A stretch of 29,225 nucleotides of DNA, taken from a virus (taxonomy: Duplodnaviria > Caudoviricetes). Shown piece after piece: positions 6,780 through 15,424 of this stretch. The DNA is taken from the IMG/VR virus record IMGVR_UViG_3300030207_004816, positions 1-29,225 of that record; one strand, written 5' to 3'. A model generated the notes under the pieces. It made no database searches and was not told the DNA's origin. It saw only the letters and a program-made list of their open reading frames with translations. Every line of letters begins with the position of its first letter. Positions within the stretch are counted from its first letter, which is position 1. Position numbers and translations under genes: made by a program.

Positions 6780-8112
6780 TTTAGACGCGGTGATTGATGG
6801 TAAACCTGGCTCTCCACGTCTGACCGATCTTCTGCAAATGGCCGAGGAAGCTCACACGAAAACAGGTCAAGATGGCGTCGATGGTCGTGTACTCAACTTG
6901 CTCGAGATGCAGACCAACAAAGATGGGACGCAGAAAGTCGCCCCGACGGTGTCAAATCTGCTGACGATACTCGAGAAAGACAAGCGTTGGAAAAAGAAGG
7001 TGTGGCTTAATGAGTTCAGCAATACCAACTACTACAAGGAAAGCCCGCTAAAGGACACGGACTACACTCGAATCAAGATTTGGATGAAGGAACACTACAA
7101 CGCGAAGTTCACGACTCAAGCAATCATTGAGTCCGTCAACTACATCGCCGAGATCAACGGTAAAAACCCATTGATCGACTGGCTTGGAGAGACCACTTGG
7201 GATGGAGTCTCACGAATGGATGAGTGGTTGGTTCGTGCGTGTGGAGCTGAAGATACGAAGCTTCATCGCGAGATCGGTCGTAGGTGGTTGGTTCAATGCA
7301 TCGCAAGAGCCATGGAACCAGGCTGTAAGGCCGATTGCGTGCTCATCCTTGTTGGACCTCAAGGCGCCCGCAAAAGCACCACCTTTCGCATCCTCGCATC
7401 TCCTGAGTACTTCTGTGACACGCCGATGGATATTGGTTCGACCAACGCATACATGCAGATCCACAGGGCTTGGATTTACGAAGTCGCCGAACTGGACTCA
7501 ATCCGACGTGCTCGCAACTCCAGCACGAAGGCATTCCTCTCAGCTCAGGAGGATACGTTTCGTCCGCCGTATGGACACAATGCTGTGACTTGGAAGCGAC
7601 ACACAGTGTTCTGCGGAACAACAAATAAGGCCGAGTTCATCACCGACGAAACAGGGTCACGTCGATACTGGCCCATTCAGGTGGGAACTATTGATCCCAA
7701 GTGGACCGAACAAAATCGCGCTCAGTTGTGGGCTGAGGCAGTTGTCGCCTACAAGAATGGTGAGCGCTGGTATCTTGAAGACGAAACACAGGCCGAACTC
7801 AACGAACAGTCTGCAGAGTTCCGTCAGTTCGACCCATGGCAAGAGGTCATTGAACGATACGTTCGCGCGAATGGTGCCAACTCATCCACGGTCGACCTGA
7901 TGGAAAACGCATTGAAGCTTGATCGACACCAGATGAGCCGAGCATCCGAGATGCGGGTCGGTGACATCATGCGTCAACTTGGGTACGAGAGAGTCAGGCG
8001 CAGAGTGTATGGCGACCGCAAGTATGTCTGGATCTTAGCAGAGCCTGAGAATGTCGTTCCAATGAACAAACCTGAAGTAGTTGTAGACAATCAAAACACC
8101 AAAGAGAAGTAG
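6772..8112 (+). CDS. VirE/VapE-family P-loop helicase (primase partner)
   Basis: GGAGG RBS. Walker A GPQGARKST, WIYEVAELDS, RPPYG, FCGTTN and TGSRRYWP. Confidence 0.9.
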   Translation: MLDLDAVIDGKPGSPRLTDLLQMAEEAHTKTGQDGVDGRVLNLLEMQTNKDGTQKVAPTVSNLLTILEKDKRWKKKVWLNEFSNTNYYKESPLKDTDYTRIKIWMKEHYNAKFTTQAIIESVNYIAEINGKNPLIDWLGETTWDGVSRMDEWLVRACGAEDTKLHREIGRRWLVQCIARAMEPGCKADCVLILVGPQGARKSTTFRILASPEYFCDTPMDIGSTNAYMQIHRAWIYEVAELDSIRRARNSSTKAFLSAQEDTFRPPYGHNAVTWKRHTVFCGTTNKAEFITDETGSRRYWPIQVGTIDPKWTEQNRAQLWAEAVVAYKNGERWYLEDETQAELNEQSAEFRQFDPWQEVIERYVRANGANSSTVDLMENALKLDRHQMSRASEMRVGDIMRQLGYERVRRRVYGDRKYVWILAEPENVVPMNKPEVVVDNQNTKEK

Positions 8113-8113
8113 C

Positions 8114-8695
8114 ATGAACCGATTAGCAGTTGAGATGACCAACCGACACATTGATCGATACCTGACCGAAGAAGACAAGGATGCAATCCGGCGTCGAAAA
8201 GGCACGTCGCAAGTGAGGGCCTACCCCGGAGCCGTGGACTTCCAGATGGCGTCCGAAGCAAACCGAGTCAAAGAGTTTATTGAATCTGGGTCGTATTCTG
8301 CAGTGCTTGGTTTTGGGATTGACTACTTTATCAATCGTGGTTTTACGGTCGAGTGGGAACTGTGTGAAGAGCCCATCATTATGAGACAAAAAGTCCAAGA
8401 CATCTTGGCAGATTTGATTGATGACGGCCATACGTTTGATGAGTCTCAGCTCGACAAACTTTACGCCTGGATTCACATCACTCCGTACAAGGCGATGCTG
8501 ATGACGGATTCTATACGTCGACAGTTGTACCGAGTGGTGGATTTGATGTGGCCCACCTGTGTATTGAAAGAAAAGTCATTTGGAGTTCATTGCAATGACT
8601 CGGCCAACATCGCGATGATCGACATCCTCAATGATTGGGCACATTCGGTTCTGATTCCACACAAAGGCATCGGTTCACGTAAACTGCTTACATGA
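8114..8695 (+). CDS. Hypothetical protein
   Basis: 193-aa ORF packed directly after the helicase gene. Confidence 0.7.
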   Translation: MNRLAVEMTNRHIDRYLTEEDKDAIRRRKGTSQVRAYPGAVDFQMASEANRVKEFIESGSYSAVLGFGIDYFINRGFTVEWELCEEPIIMRQKVQDILADLIDDGHTFDESQLDKLYAWIHITPYKAMLMTDSIRRQLYRVVDLMWPTCVLKEKSFGVHCNDSANIAMIDILNDWAHSVLIPHKGIGSRKLLT

Positions 8696-8922
8696 TGAAA
8701 TCAGAACTCCAAAGCATTCAAGATCAGTGGCAGCAGCCACAACCTTGGCATGTCGAAACAGACGACAAATCCATCCAAGTCATCGACGAGGACGGAGAGT
8801 GTGTCGTGAGCTCGATACTGCACAGCCATGTCGAAGAGGCGGTCGAAGACCACATAACGAAGGCCCAGACAGAGCTGGCCCTTCAGTTACTGGTCTCGAC
8901 GTCAGACGACACAGAGATGTGA
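8692..8922 (+). CDS. Hypothetical acidic protein
   Basis: ATGA overlap with the upstream gene. Confidence 0.6.
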   Translation: MMKSELQSIQDQWQQPQPWHVETDDKSIQVIDEDGECVVSSILHSHVEEAVEDHITKAQTELALQLLVSTSDDTEM

Positions 8923-8925
8923 CTG

Positions 8926-9243
8926 CTACTTCTTAGCGGCAGTCTTCTTCTTTGCAGGCGCCTTCTTGGCAGCTGGTTTGCGCTTTGCAGGGGCTTTCTT
9001 TGCTTTAGTTAAAGTCACTTTGTCGTCCGCGGTTCCATACTTGCCATCTGGACCGGCCTCAATCTTGGCTTCAAGGATGCCGACCTTGACCTTCAAGGAT
9101 TCGACTTCCGATACACCTGATTCCAACTCGTCCACATACGCGAACAATGTTGTCAACACGTCATTTGTGTCGAATCCGGGGATGATGAAGCGACCTGGTT
9201 TACGGGCAGATCGCATTGCTTGCACTTTATCTTTCAAACTCAT
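8926..9243 (-). CDS. Small protein with coiled coil and histone H1-like Lys/Ala/Pro tail
   Basis: GGAG RBS before ATG 9243. C-terminus KAKKAPAKRKPAAKKAPAKKKTAAKK. Confidence 0.75.
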   Translation of the reverse strand: MSLKDKVQAMRSARKPGRFIIPGFDTNDVLTTLFAYVDELESGVSEVESLKVKVGILEAKIEAGPDGKYGTADDKVTLTKAKKAPAKRKPAAKKAPAKKKTAAKK

Positions 9244-9254
9244 GTTTGCTCCAA

Positions 9255-9494
9255 TCATAAACGTAGGCGAGGATTCAGCCCTGGCCATTCTCTCACAGAG
9301 ACGATTCCACCAGTTGCTCGTTCAATCCCGATTGCAAGAGGCAGAGATGGTGTTTTGCGCCCATACTCAAGGTCCCTGAGGTACCCAATACTGATCTTCA
9401 TATCGAACTTCACCAGCTCACCGTTCAGCCACGTCACAAAACTGACGCGCGTGCTGCGGCCGGGTAAGCTTTTTCTGTAGTCGGATATGACCAT
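9255..9494 (-). CDS. Cro/YdaS-like HTH transcriptional regulator
   Basis: YLRDLEYGRKTPSLPLAIGIERATGGIVS is a typical Cro-like C-terminal motif. AGGTG precedes ATG 9494. Confidence 0.75.
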   Translation of the reverse strand: MVISDYRKSLPGRSTRVSFVTWLNGELVKFDMKISIGYLRDLEYGRKTPSLPLAIGIERATGGIVSVREWPGLNPRLRL

Positions 9495-9560
9495 GCGACA
9501 CACCTTTCGAAAGCAGAGTATCGGAATGGTTGTGTTTTGTCTACATGTGGGTGTGGCCGG

Positions 9561-9589
9561 TTGACACACATTGTGATACTCAGTACTCT
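9561..9589 (+). promoter_or_regulatory. Putative sigma70 promoter for the YqaJ-RecT operon
   Basis: TTGACA-N17-TACTCT, then GAGAGGA RBS and ATG 9609. Confidence 0.7.
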
Positions 9590-9608
9590 CACCAAAAGAG
9601 AGGAACAT

Positions 9609-10565
9609 ATGGATCAAGCAGAACGCGAAGCGTGGCTCGCAGAGCGCCGGAAAGGCCTCGGTGGCACAGACATCGCCGCTATTATGATGGCAGGGGCTGA
9701 GGAGTCCGAAAAGGTTGGCTCATTTGAAAACAGCCTATTCAAGCTTTGGTCCGAAAAAACGGGTCTGTATTCGACTGACGACATTGACAACGCGATTTTG
9801 TTGCGTGGCCGAGTGATGGAAAAGTATGTCTGTGAATTTTACGAGCTCCATCTTGGGGAAGGTTGCAAGCTCTGGGAAGAGGGACTGACATGGCATCCCA
9901 CTCGGCCACGCATTTTCGGGACGCCCGATCGATTGGTCGAAAAGGACGGTGTGCGTTTTGGAATGGACGCCAAGACACGTAGATATCGACACGGATGGGG
10001 AGAGTCCCACACCACCGATATACCACTGGACGTAGAGATTCAAATGCGCGTGTACATGGAAATCTTCGATGCGCCATTCTGGGATATCGCAACGCTGTTT
10101 AGTCTGGACGATTTTCGTGTCTATCGGATTGAACGAGACAAGCAGTTGGGGGAGGCCATTCTTGATGTCGCGGGGGCGTGGTGGAACAAACACGTAGAGG
10201 GACAGTTGCCGCCTGACGTTGATGCCACGGACGCCTGCAAAGCGGTGTTGACGGCTATGAATCCAAGAGTGAAGGATGAACCTCCTCGAGTGGCAACTGT
10301 GGCTGAAAAAGACCTGCACGAAAAGCTCGTGGCGCTGAAGAAGAAGATCAAGTCACTCGATGTTGAGCGACGTGAAATGGAAAATCTGCTGAGAGCCAAG
10401 ATAGGTGATGATAGTGGCATTCAAGGGGTGGCAACTTGGAAGCAGAGCAAGCCACGAAAGGTGTTCGACAAGGATGCCTTCAGAGAAAAACATCCCAAGC
10501 TTTACGACAAGTTCGTCGTTGAAAAACCAGGTAATCGCATATTGCGAGTAAAAGAGGCAACATGA
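9609..10565 (+). CDS. YqaJ / lambda-exonuclease-like recombination nuclease
   Basis: WLAERRKGLGGTDIAAI, RGRVME, GTPDRL, MDAKT and Q..VYM. Lies upstream of RecT. Confidence 0.9.
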   Translation: MDQAEREAWLAERRKGLGGTDIAAIMMAGAEESEKVGSFENSLFKLWSEKTGLYSTDDIDNAILLRGRVMEKYVCEFYELHLGEGCKLWEEGLTWHPTRPRIFGTPDRLVEKDGVRFGMDAKTRRYRHGWGESHTTDIPLDVEIQMRVYMEIFDAPFWDIATLFSLDDFRVYRIERDKQLGEAILDVAGAWWNKHVEGQLPPDVDATDACKAVLTAMNPRVKDEPPRVATVAEKDLHEKLVALKKKIKSLDVERREMENLLRAKIGDDSGIQGVATWKQSKPRKVFDKDAFREKHPKLYDKFVVEKPGNRILRVKEAT

Positions 10566-11446
10566 GCACAGCATTGACCACCAGAGACAAACTTGTACAC
10601 TTGAATGACTTCCTTGAAAAGAAGCGAGGAAGCTTGGTCAGTGTCGCACCAGAGGGTGCTGACGTAGATCGAATCATCCGTACCGCAATGTTCGAGGCAT
10701 CGAAGAACGAACGGTTGGTTCAGTGCAGCCCAACGTCAGTGTACATGGCACTGGCCAAAGCTTGTGAGCTGGACCTCGTTGCCGGTGGGGCTCTCCATCG
10801 AGCTTCATTGGTTCCGATGTGGAACAAGTCCAAGAAGACTTACGATGCAGAGCTGTGGATTGAGTATACAGGTTTGATGGAACTCGTTCTTCGTTCCGGC
10901 GACGTGTCTCACTTCACAGCTGAGGTTGTGTATGAAAAGGACGAGTTCGAATGCTCGTTCGATCTTGATGGCGGAAAGAAGCTGCACCACAAGCAGTTTT
11001 TTGATGGAGACCCTGGTCCTCTTCGACTGGCATACGCGGTAGCGCACTTCAAGAATGGTGGTCATCAGGTAGAGGTCATGAGACGTGATCAAATCAACAA
11101 GATTCGAAAGTCCTCTCGCAACCCGGACTCGGGTCCTTGGGCTCAACACACAGAAGAGATGTGGCGTAAGACTGTCGTGCGTCGCATCTGTAAGTACCTC
11201 CCACTGTCGCCCAAGACTAAGGCAGTGGTGGAGCACGACATCGCCAGTGATTTCACAGAACCAAACGTGATCGATGCAACGTTCGAATCCGATGTTATCG
11301 AACCGGACAACACAGTAGCATCAGAAAATGTTATTGAAGTTCAGCAACCCAAGCGTAAATCCAAGAGGACGACGAAAGTCAAAGACTTGGTTGAACGAGC
11401 TCAAGCGAACGATTTGCCAGAGCCCGAAGAAGATTTCACCTCATAA
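10562..11446 (+). CDS. recT: RecT-family single-strand annealing protein
   Basis: LVQCSPTS, LVP, IEYTGLMELVLRSG, VYEKDEF, AYAVA and GPW..H.EEMWRKTVVRRICKYLPLS. Confidence 0.92.
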   Translation: MSTALTTRDKLVHLNDFLEKKRGSLVSVAPEGADVDRIIRTAMFEASKNERLVQCSPTSVYMALAKACELDLVAGGALHRASLVPMWNKSKKTYDAELWIEYTGLMELVLRSGDVSHFTAEVVYEKDEFECSFDLDGGKKLHHKQFFDGDPGPLRLAYAVAHFKNGGHQVEVMRRDQINKIRKSSRNPDSGPWAQHTEEMWRKTVVRRICKYLPLSPKTKAVVEHDIASDFTEPNVIDATFESDVIEPDNTVASENVIEVQQPKRKSKRTTKVKDLVERAQANDLPEPEEDFTS

Positions 11447-11455
11447 GGAGCACCC

Positions 11456-12118
11456 ATGTCGCTACTCGACGAAGCCGCAAGCAGCCTATCCCCATACAAG
11501 CTCATGATGTCTGAGAAGGCAGGGAAGGAAGTAGATCGCAAGTTCATCATTCAACCCAACATTCTCATGGACATTCTCGAATCCGAGATGGCGAGTCGTG
11601 TCATTGACAAAAAGGCCAAGAAAGAGTTCGCCAAGTATCGGAGCAAAATCAAGAAGGCAGAGTGGACCCTCAAAGGCATGCTGAACTACGTCGACGAGCC
11701 TTTGTATCGGGAACAAATCGGGAAGACAATTGAGGGAATGACTAAGCACATTCGCTTGGTGCAGCCTAACGGTGAGTGGTGCGTGATGGATTACGAGTGT
11801 GCCATCCGACCCAACAAACAAGGTGACGACACCATTATGCTTGCTGTGAAGTTCGTCGATGCAAAGAACGAGCGTGATCTGCAGTACCAGAACGGCGTGC
11901 CGCTGGTCGACGTCAAGGTTGATGTCAGTGGTTCCAACAAGGAACTCATCGAGGCAATCCAAGCTCAGAACGCAGCATCTAATGGTGGCGACCCCGAAAT
12001 GAAAGCCCTACTGAAGCAGCTCGCTGCACTGATGATTCAGAAGGAATCTGAATCTGTTGAAGTCAAGCCTGAGGAACCAGCAGAAGAGCTGGAGATTCCT
12101 ACTGACTTCGAAGGCTGA
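11456..12118 (+). CDS. Hypothetical protein
   Basis: AAGGAG RBS. 220-aa ORF with an acidic tail. Confidence 0.75.
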   Translation: MSLLDEAASSLSPYKLMMSEKAGKEVDRKFIIQPNILMDILESEMASRVIDKKAKKEFAKYRSKIKKAEWTLKGMLNYVDEPLYREQIGKTIEGMTKHIRLVQPNGEWCVMDYECAIRPNKQGDDTIMLAVKFVDAKNERDLQYQNGVPLVDVKVDVSGSNKELIEAIQAQNAASNGGDPEMKALLKQLAALMIQKESESVEVKPEEPAEELEIPTDFEG

Positions 12119-12303
12119 TGCCACTTTACGTATTCAAATGCGAGGACTGCGATGTGAAAGTCGAAGTCCTCCAAGCATTTGGTGATCCCAAGCCCAGCTG
12201 CAAAAAGTGCTCAAAGGACATGAAGAAGGAGATTGCACTGACTAGCTTCGTCTTGAAGGGCGGTGGCTGGGCCAAGGATGGCTACGGTTCAACCAATGGC
12301 TGA
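12118..12303 (+). CDS. FmdB-family zinc-ribbon protein
   Basis: MPLYVFKCEDC...CKKC...SFVLKGGGWAKDGY. Confidence 0.85.
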   Translation: MPLYVFKCEDCDVKVEVLQAFGDPKPSCKKCSKDMKKEIALTSFVLKGGGWAKDGYGSTNG

Positions 12304-12790
12304 TCATTCTTTAGACGACATTGTCCATTCCATTCAGTCCGCTGTTATAGCGGCGACCGACATCGCGGAACGTCATGAACTGGATTCAATCACGAACCAG
12401 GAGTTCTGGGAGCTGAAGGTTGATGAGAATGGAGAACCGATCACTGATGACGACGGAAGACACGTATATGCACCTCGCATGGTCGTCATGGAACTCCCAA
12501 CATGGGAAGATGGAGTACTGGTACACAAAAGAGTTCCGGTCCCGCTCCAATCCCTCACGACTGGCCAGAGCCTTCGAGTGGATACTCTTGAAGTGGAAAT
12601 GTCTGTGGAAATATGCGGTCTTGCTGCGGATAAAAAGAAAGGCAAGTTGATGGTCCGACCATGTGCAAAAACCCCGTCGTGGTTTCAAAAAGAAAGCAAC
12701 GCTGCTAAACTGAAGTTGATCTTCAAGGGCAGTGAGCCCCCAGAGGGTTATGCAAGAATCGATGACCAGCTCATCAAACTGCTTCCGTAG
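12296..12790 (+). CDS. DUF2589-like protein (short paralog)
   Basis: LDDIVHSIQSAVIAA, VPLQSL...SLRVDTLEVEMSV and KLKLIFKGSEPPEG.ARI match the neighbouring gene and the recalled DUF2589 pattern. Confidence 0.75.
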   Translation: MADHSLDDIVHSIQSAVIAATDIAERHELDSITNQEFWELKVDENGEPITDDDGRHVYAPRMVVMELPTWEDGVLVHKRVPVPLQSLTTGQSLRVDTLEVEMSVEICGLAADKKKGKLMVRPCAKTPSWFQKESNAAKLKLIFKGSEPPEGYARIDDQLIKLLP

Positions 12791-12799
12791 GAGTCACTC

Positions 12800-13405
12800 A
12801 TGGCAGATCAACTCGTAAAGATGTCAGACCAGTTTGGTGGTCTTCCCATGGAGCAGCTCATTGGTGGCCCACTGAAGGCCGCTTGTAATGCTCAGACACT
12901 GCTTGCAAAGGCATCCAGCGACTTCATCAAGGACGTCGGTCTCAACGACGATGGAAAGGGCAACCTGTCAGCTCGCACCGTCGACTTTGGCTTTACCAAG
13001 CCAGTGCAAGACGCTGCAGGCAACACGACGATGGAGAAGGTGGACCTGCAAGTTCCACTGCTCGCCATCATCAACACGCCCTCGCTTTCTGTGAAGGAAG
13101 CCGAGGTCCGGTTCACGATGGAGGTCAAGTCCTCCACCTCGAGCAAGACAACTTCGGACAGCAAGGCCGATCTGACTGCTAAGGCCAAGTACAACGCTGG
13201 TCTGTTCTCTTGCGAGGTCACTGTTCATGGCTCTGTGGCTAACCACAGCGAGAACAGCCGTAGCAGCGACAACAGCGCCAAGTACGACGTCAAGGTAGTG
13301 GCTCGAGACGACGGGCCTCCAGAGGGATTGTCGCGCGTTTTGGATATGCTGAACGATGCCATCGCGCCTACTCAAGGTGTGGCACCAGCACCTGCTACCA
13401 AGTAA
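12800..13405 (+). CDS. DUF2589 domain protein
   Basis: AGGAG RBS. GLPMEQLIGGPLKAA..AQ..LA, VPLLAIINTPSL.V....V.FTMEV and PPEGLSRVLDML. Confidence 0.85.
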   Translation: MADQLVKMSDQFGGLPMEQLIGGPLKAACNAQTLLAKASSDFIKDVGLNDDGKGNLSARTVDFGFTKPVQDAAGNTTMEKVDLQVPLLAIINTPSLSVKEAEVRFTMEVKSSTSSKTTSDSKADLTAKAKYNAGLFSCEVTVHGSVANHSENSRSSDNSAKYDVKVVARDDGPPEGLSRVLDMLNDAIAPTQGVAPAPATK

Positions 13406-13410
13406 CGGCC

Positions 13411-13490
13411 CGCCTGGCCCCCCACCCACATCGTCTGTTCCCATCTCGGGACGTGAGCATGGGCGATTCCTACCGGGTGGGGGGTTGGGT
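13411..13490 (+). other. Structured intergenic element (nested stems) between convergent operons
   Basis: CCCCCCACCC (13418-13427) pairs with GGGTGGGGGG (13475-13484). It encloses ATCGTCTGT/ATGGGCGAT and a TCCC/GGGA hairpin. Confidence 0.55.
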
Positions 13491-13886
13491 TTATCGTTTT
13501 TCGACCTCTACGATTTCAATGTCCACCATGCCTTCTTCGGTGCAGTCAGTGACATTGAAAGACACGTCGGGTGGTAAGTCGCTGACTTGTGACAAGAACT
13601 TAAAAGTCGCAGATCGCAATCGACCCACCGACTCGTCATCATCACACTTGGGCGTGATTGTCACTACGGTTGTGGGGACAAGTTCAAGTTCCGGCTCAGG
13701 CGGTGGTAACGGCTCGGGATCAGGCTCGGGCTCGGGCTCGGGCTCAGGCTCAGGCTTGACCTCGACTTCAAGAGTGACTGGTTCAAGTTCGCGTTTTTTG
13801 GTTCGACCATCACCATCGACGGCAAAGCTCAACCCTGCCGGTAAGATGACTAACGTTCCAAAAAAAATCAGAGCCGTGACAATCAT
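13491..13886 (-). CDS. Membrane-anchored protein with (Glu-Pro)n linker
   Basis: Hydrophobic N-terminus followed by KPEPEPEPEPEPDPEPLPPPEPE. Confidence 0.7.
   Translation of the reverse strand: MIVTALIFFGTLVILPAGLSFAVDGDGRTKKRELEPVTLEVEVKPEPEPEPEPEPDPEPLPPPEPELELVPTTVVTITPKCDDDESVGRLRSATFKFLSQVSDLPPDVSFNVTDCTEEGMVDIEIVEVEKR
13711..13755. repeat. Imperfect GGCTCR hexamer tandem repeat encoding (EP)n
   Basis: ggctcg/ggctca units are visible in the sequence. Confidence 0.8.
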
Positions 13887-14521
13887 TTTTGCTCGGTGAT
13901 TTCAAAGAGCTCATCGATGCGCTTTTTCATGCGCTTGATTTGACGCTCCACGTCTTCGCCATCGAAGTCTGCAGAAATCATCGACGTTTTCTTTTGCACT
14001 GCACTCAGCTTCGATTTCACTTCATCCAGCTCAGCTTGCATCTTTGCACTGGCAGCTTTGCAAGGTGGGGGTTGTTCTCCCTCCATTCCTTGTGACTGCG
14101 CTTCCATCTTCAGCTTTTGCATCTCTTGTTCGTGCTTCTGCTCGGCACGGTCACGGTAGTAGCTCCAAGCTTTTGAGCCACCAGCAACAGCCATGCCCGC
14201 AAGAGCAAGAGCCACCATAGGTGCGTAGTCTCCACCCAGTGACTTTGCTGCGTCTGCTGCTGCTGTGATGTCTTGTGATACGCCCACCGACTCTACGAGT
14301 TCTGGTACAACCGGTGCAGCAACAGTCTCGACAGGTGCAGGCGCTGGTTCAGGCGCTGGCGTAGGTGCGGGTGCTGGATCTGGCGCAGGGGCAGCGTCTT
14401 CTACTTTTGTTTCTTGTGCCACGGGCTTTGTCTCCTTTTTGACTGGCTGTTCATCGTAAATACGAATTGGTGCTCCAATATCGAGCTTGCAATCCGAACC
14501 TTCTTTTACGACGCATTTCAT
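13883..14521 (-). CDS. Membrane protein with Pro/Ala linker, one TM helix and coiled coils
   Basis: APAPDPAPAPTPAPEPAPAP linker; hydrophobic PMVALALAGMAVAGG; heptad-rich C-terminus. Confidence 0.75.
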   Translation of the reverse strand: MKCVVKEGSDCKLDIGAPIRIYDEQPVKKETKPVAQETKVEDAAPAPDPAPAPTPAPEPAPAPVETVAAPVVPELVESVGVSQDITAAADAAKSLGGDYAPMVALALAGMAVAGGSKAWSYYRDRAEQKHEQEMQKLKMEAQSQGMEGEQPPPCKAASAKMQAELDEVKSKLSAVQKKTSMISADFDGEDVERQIKRMKKRIDELFEITEQK

Positions 14522-14527
14522 GAAAAC

Positions 14528-14836
14528 CTACTTGTCTCGATCTAAAATGCGGTCAAGCTTAGACACGATGTCGTTGTGGACCTTAGTCCTAGTAATCAGG
14601 AAATCTTTCGATTGGTCATCTTCACGATCTCGGTACTCTTGAATAACCTTGTCGTACCGATCTCTCATTTTTTCCGACCGATCAGTGTACTCTTTACGAA
14701 TCGTATCAAGCTGCTCTTGGAATCCAGCGACCAGTTTGTCGAGACGCTTTTGCATCGTCACAAACTGAAATACCAAGAAAGCTGCGAAGACTCCAAGGTG
14801 ACCGTCGGCCAATAATGAATCGACCAACGCCTCCAC
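14528..14836 (-). CDS. Single-TM coiled-coil protein (holin-like or lysis accessory)
   Basis: GHLGVFAAFLVFQFV TM segment followed by a charged coiled coil. Adjacent to the putative lysin. Confidence 0.65.
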   Translation of the reverse strand: MEALVDSLLADGHLGVFAAFLVFQFVTMQKRLDKLVAGFQEQLDTIRKEYTDRSEKMRDRYDKVIQEYRDREDDQSKDFLITRTKVHNDIVSKLDRILDRDK

Positions 14837-15423
14837 TACGTCACCGGTTTATCGTCTTCAAGAATCAAAGTGTAAGAAAAGGCGTTGCCCCACTTGTCTC
14901 GAGCCTTGCGGCAAATCACCATGAACTCATCGAAGTCGGACTCGTTCGCAAAAACTTGGCAGCCTGCAGACCATCGATCAATCTGCGTTGAGTGAGCTCC
15001 AGCTTTGTGAATGTTGATTCCGAAGTACCCCTCGCTGATGGAGTCTGGGTCACAGTCAATGATGTCGTCTTTGTTGTCGTCTCGATAGACCTTCACCTGA
15101 CCGTTGCGCTGACACAGCGCTTCGTACTTGCCTTGATGCAGGTCAATCTTCCAGACGCTGCGATACTGCCCTGGGACAAGCACGGCAGTCCCATTCACGT
15201 TGGTTGGATTTTCGAGCCAATACTTTCCGGGCTCTGTAGTGCATGGCCAAGACTTTTGAATCCAATCACCGTCTTCGTCTTTGTATACGCAGTGAATCGT
15301 GTCATCAAATCGATTCGGCTGGTGGTGAGCACTGCGAATGCCGATGATGTTGATGTTGTACTCGCCGTTCAAGAAGACGGTATGACCTAACGATTGAGCG
15401 TAGTCGAGAATCTCAGGTTGCAT
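14836..15423 (-). CDS. Putative peptidoglycan-active enzyme / endolysin with an L,D-transpeptidase-like His-Cys motif
   Basis: NIIGIR, NRFDD, TTEPG, GTAVLVPGQY and GINIHKAG...WSAGCQV (H-x(n)-SxGC as in YkuD-like domains). Lysis-gene context. Confidence 0.65.
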   Translation of the reverse strand: MQPEILDYAQSLGHTVFLNGEYNINIIGIRSAHHQPNRFDDTIHCVYKDEDGDWIQKSWPCTTEPGKYWLENPTNVNGTAVLVPGQYRSVWKIDLHQGKYEALCQRNGQVKVYRDDNKDDIIDCDPDSISEGYFGINIHKAGAHSTQIDRWSAGCQVFANESDFDEFMVICRKARDKWGNAFSYTLILEDDKPVT

Positions 15424-15424
15424 G

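Noticed and set aside
13711-13755. CRISPR-like or regulatory repeat array
   Set aside because: A simple coding hexamer repeat with no spacers. No CRISPR array was seen in the window.
13453-13899. + strand ORF with (SG)n repeats
   Set aside because: It is the reverse-complement reading of the (EP)n repeat gene 13491..13886.
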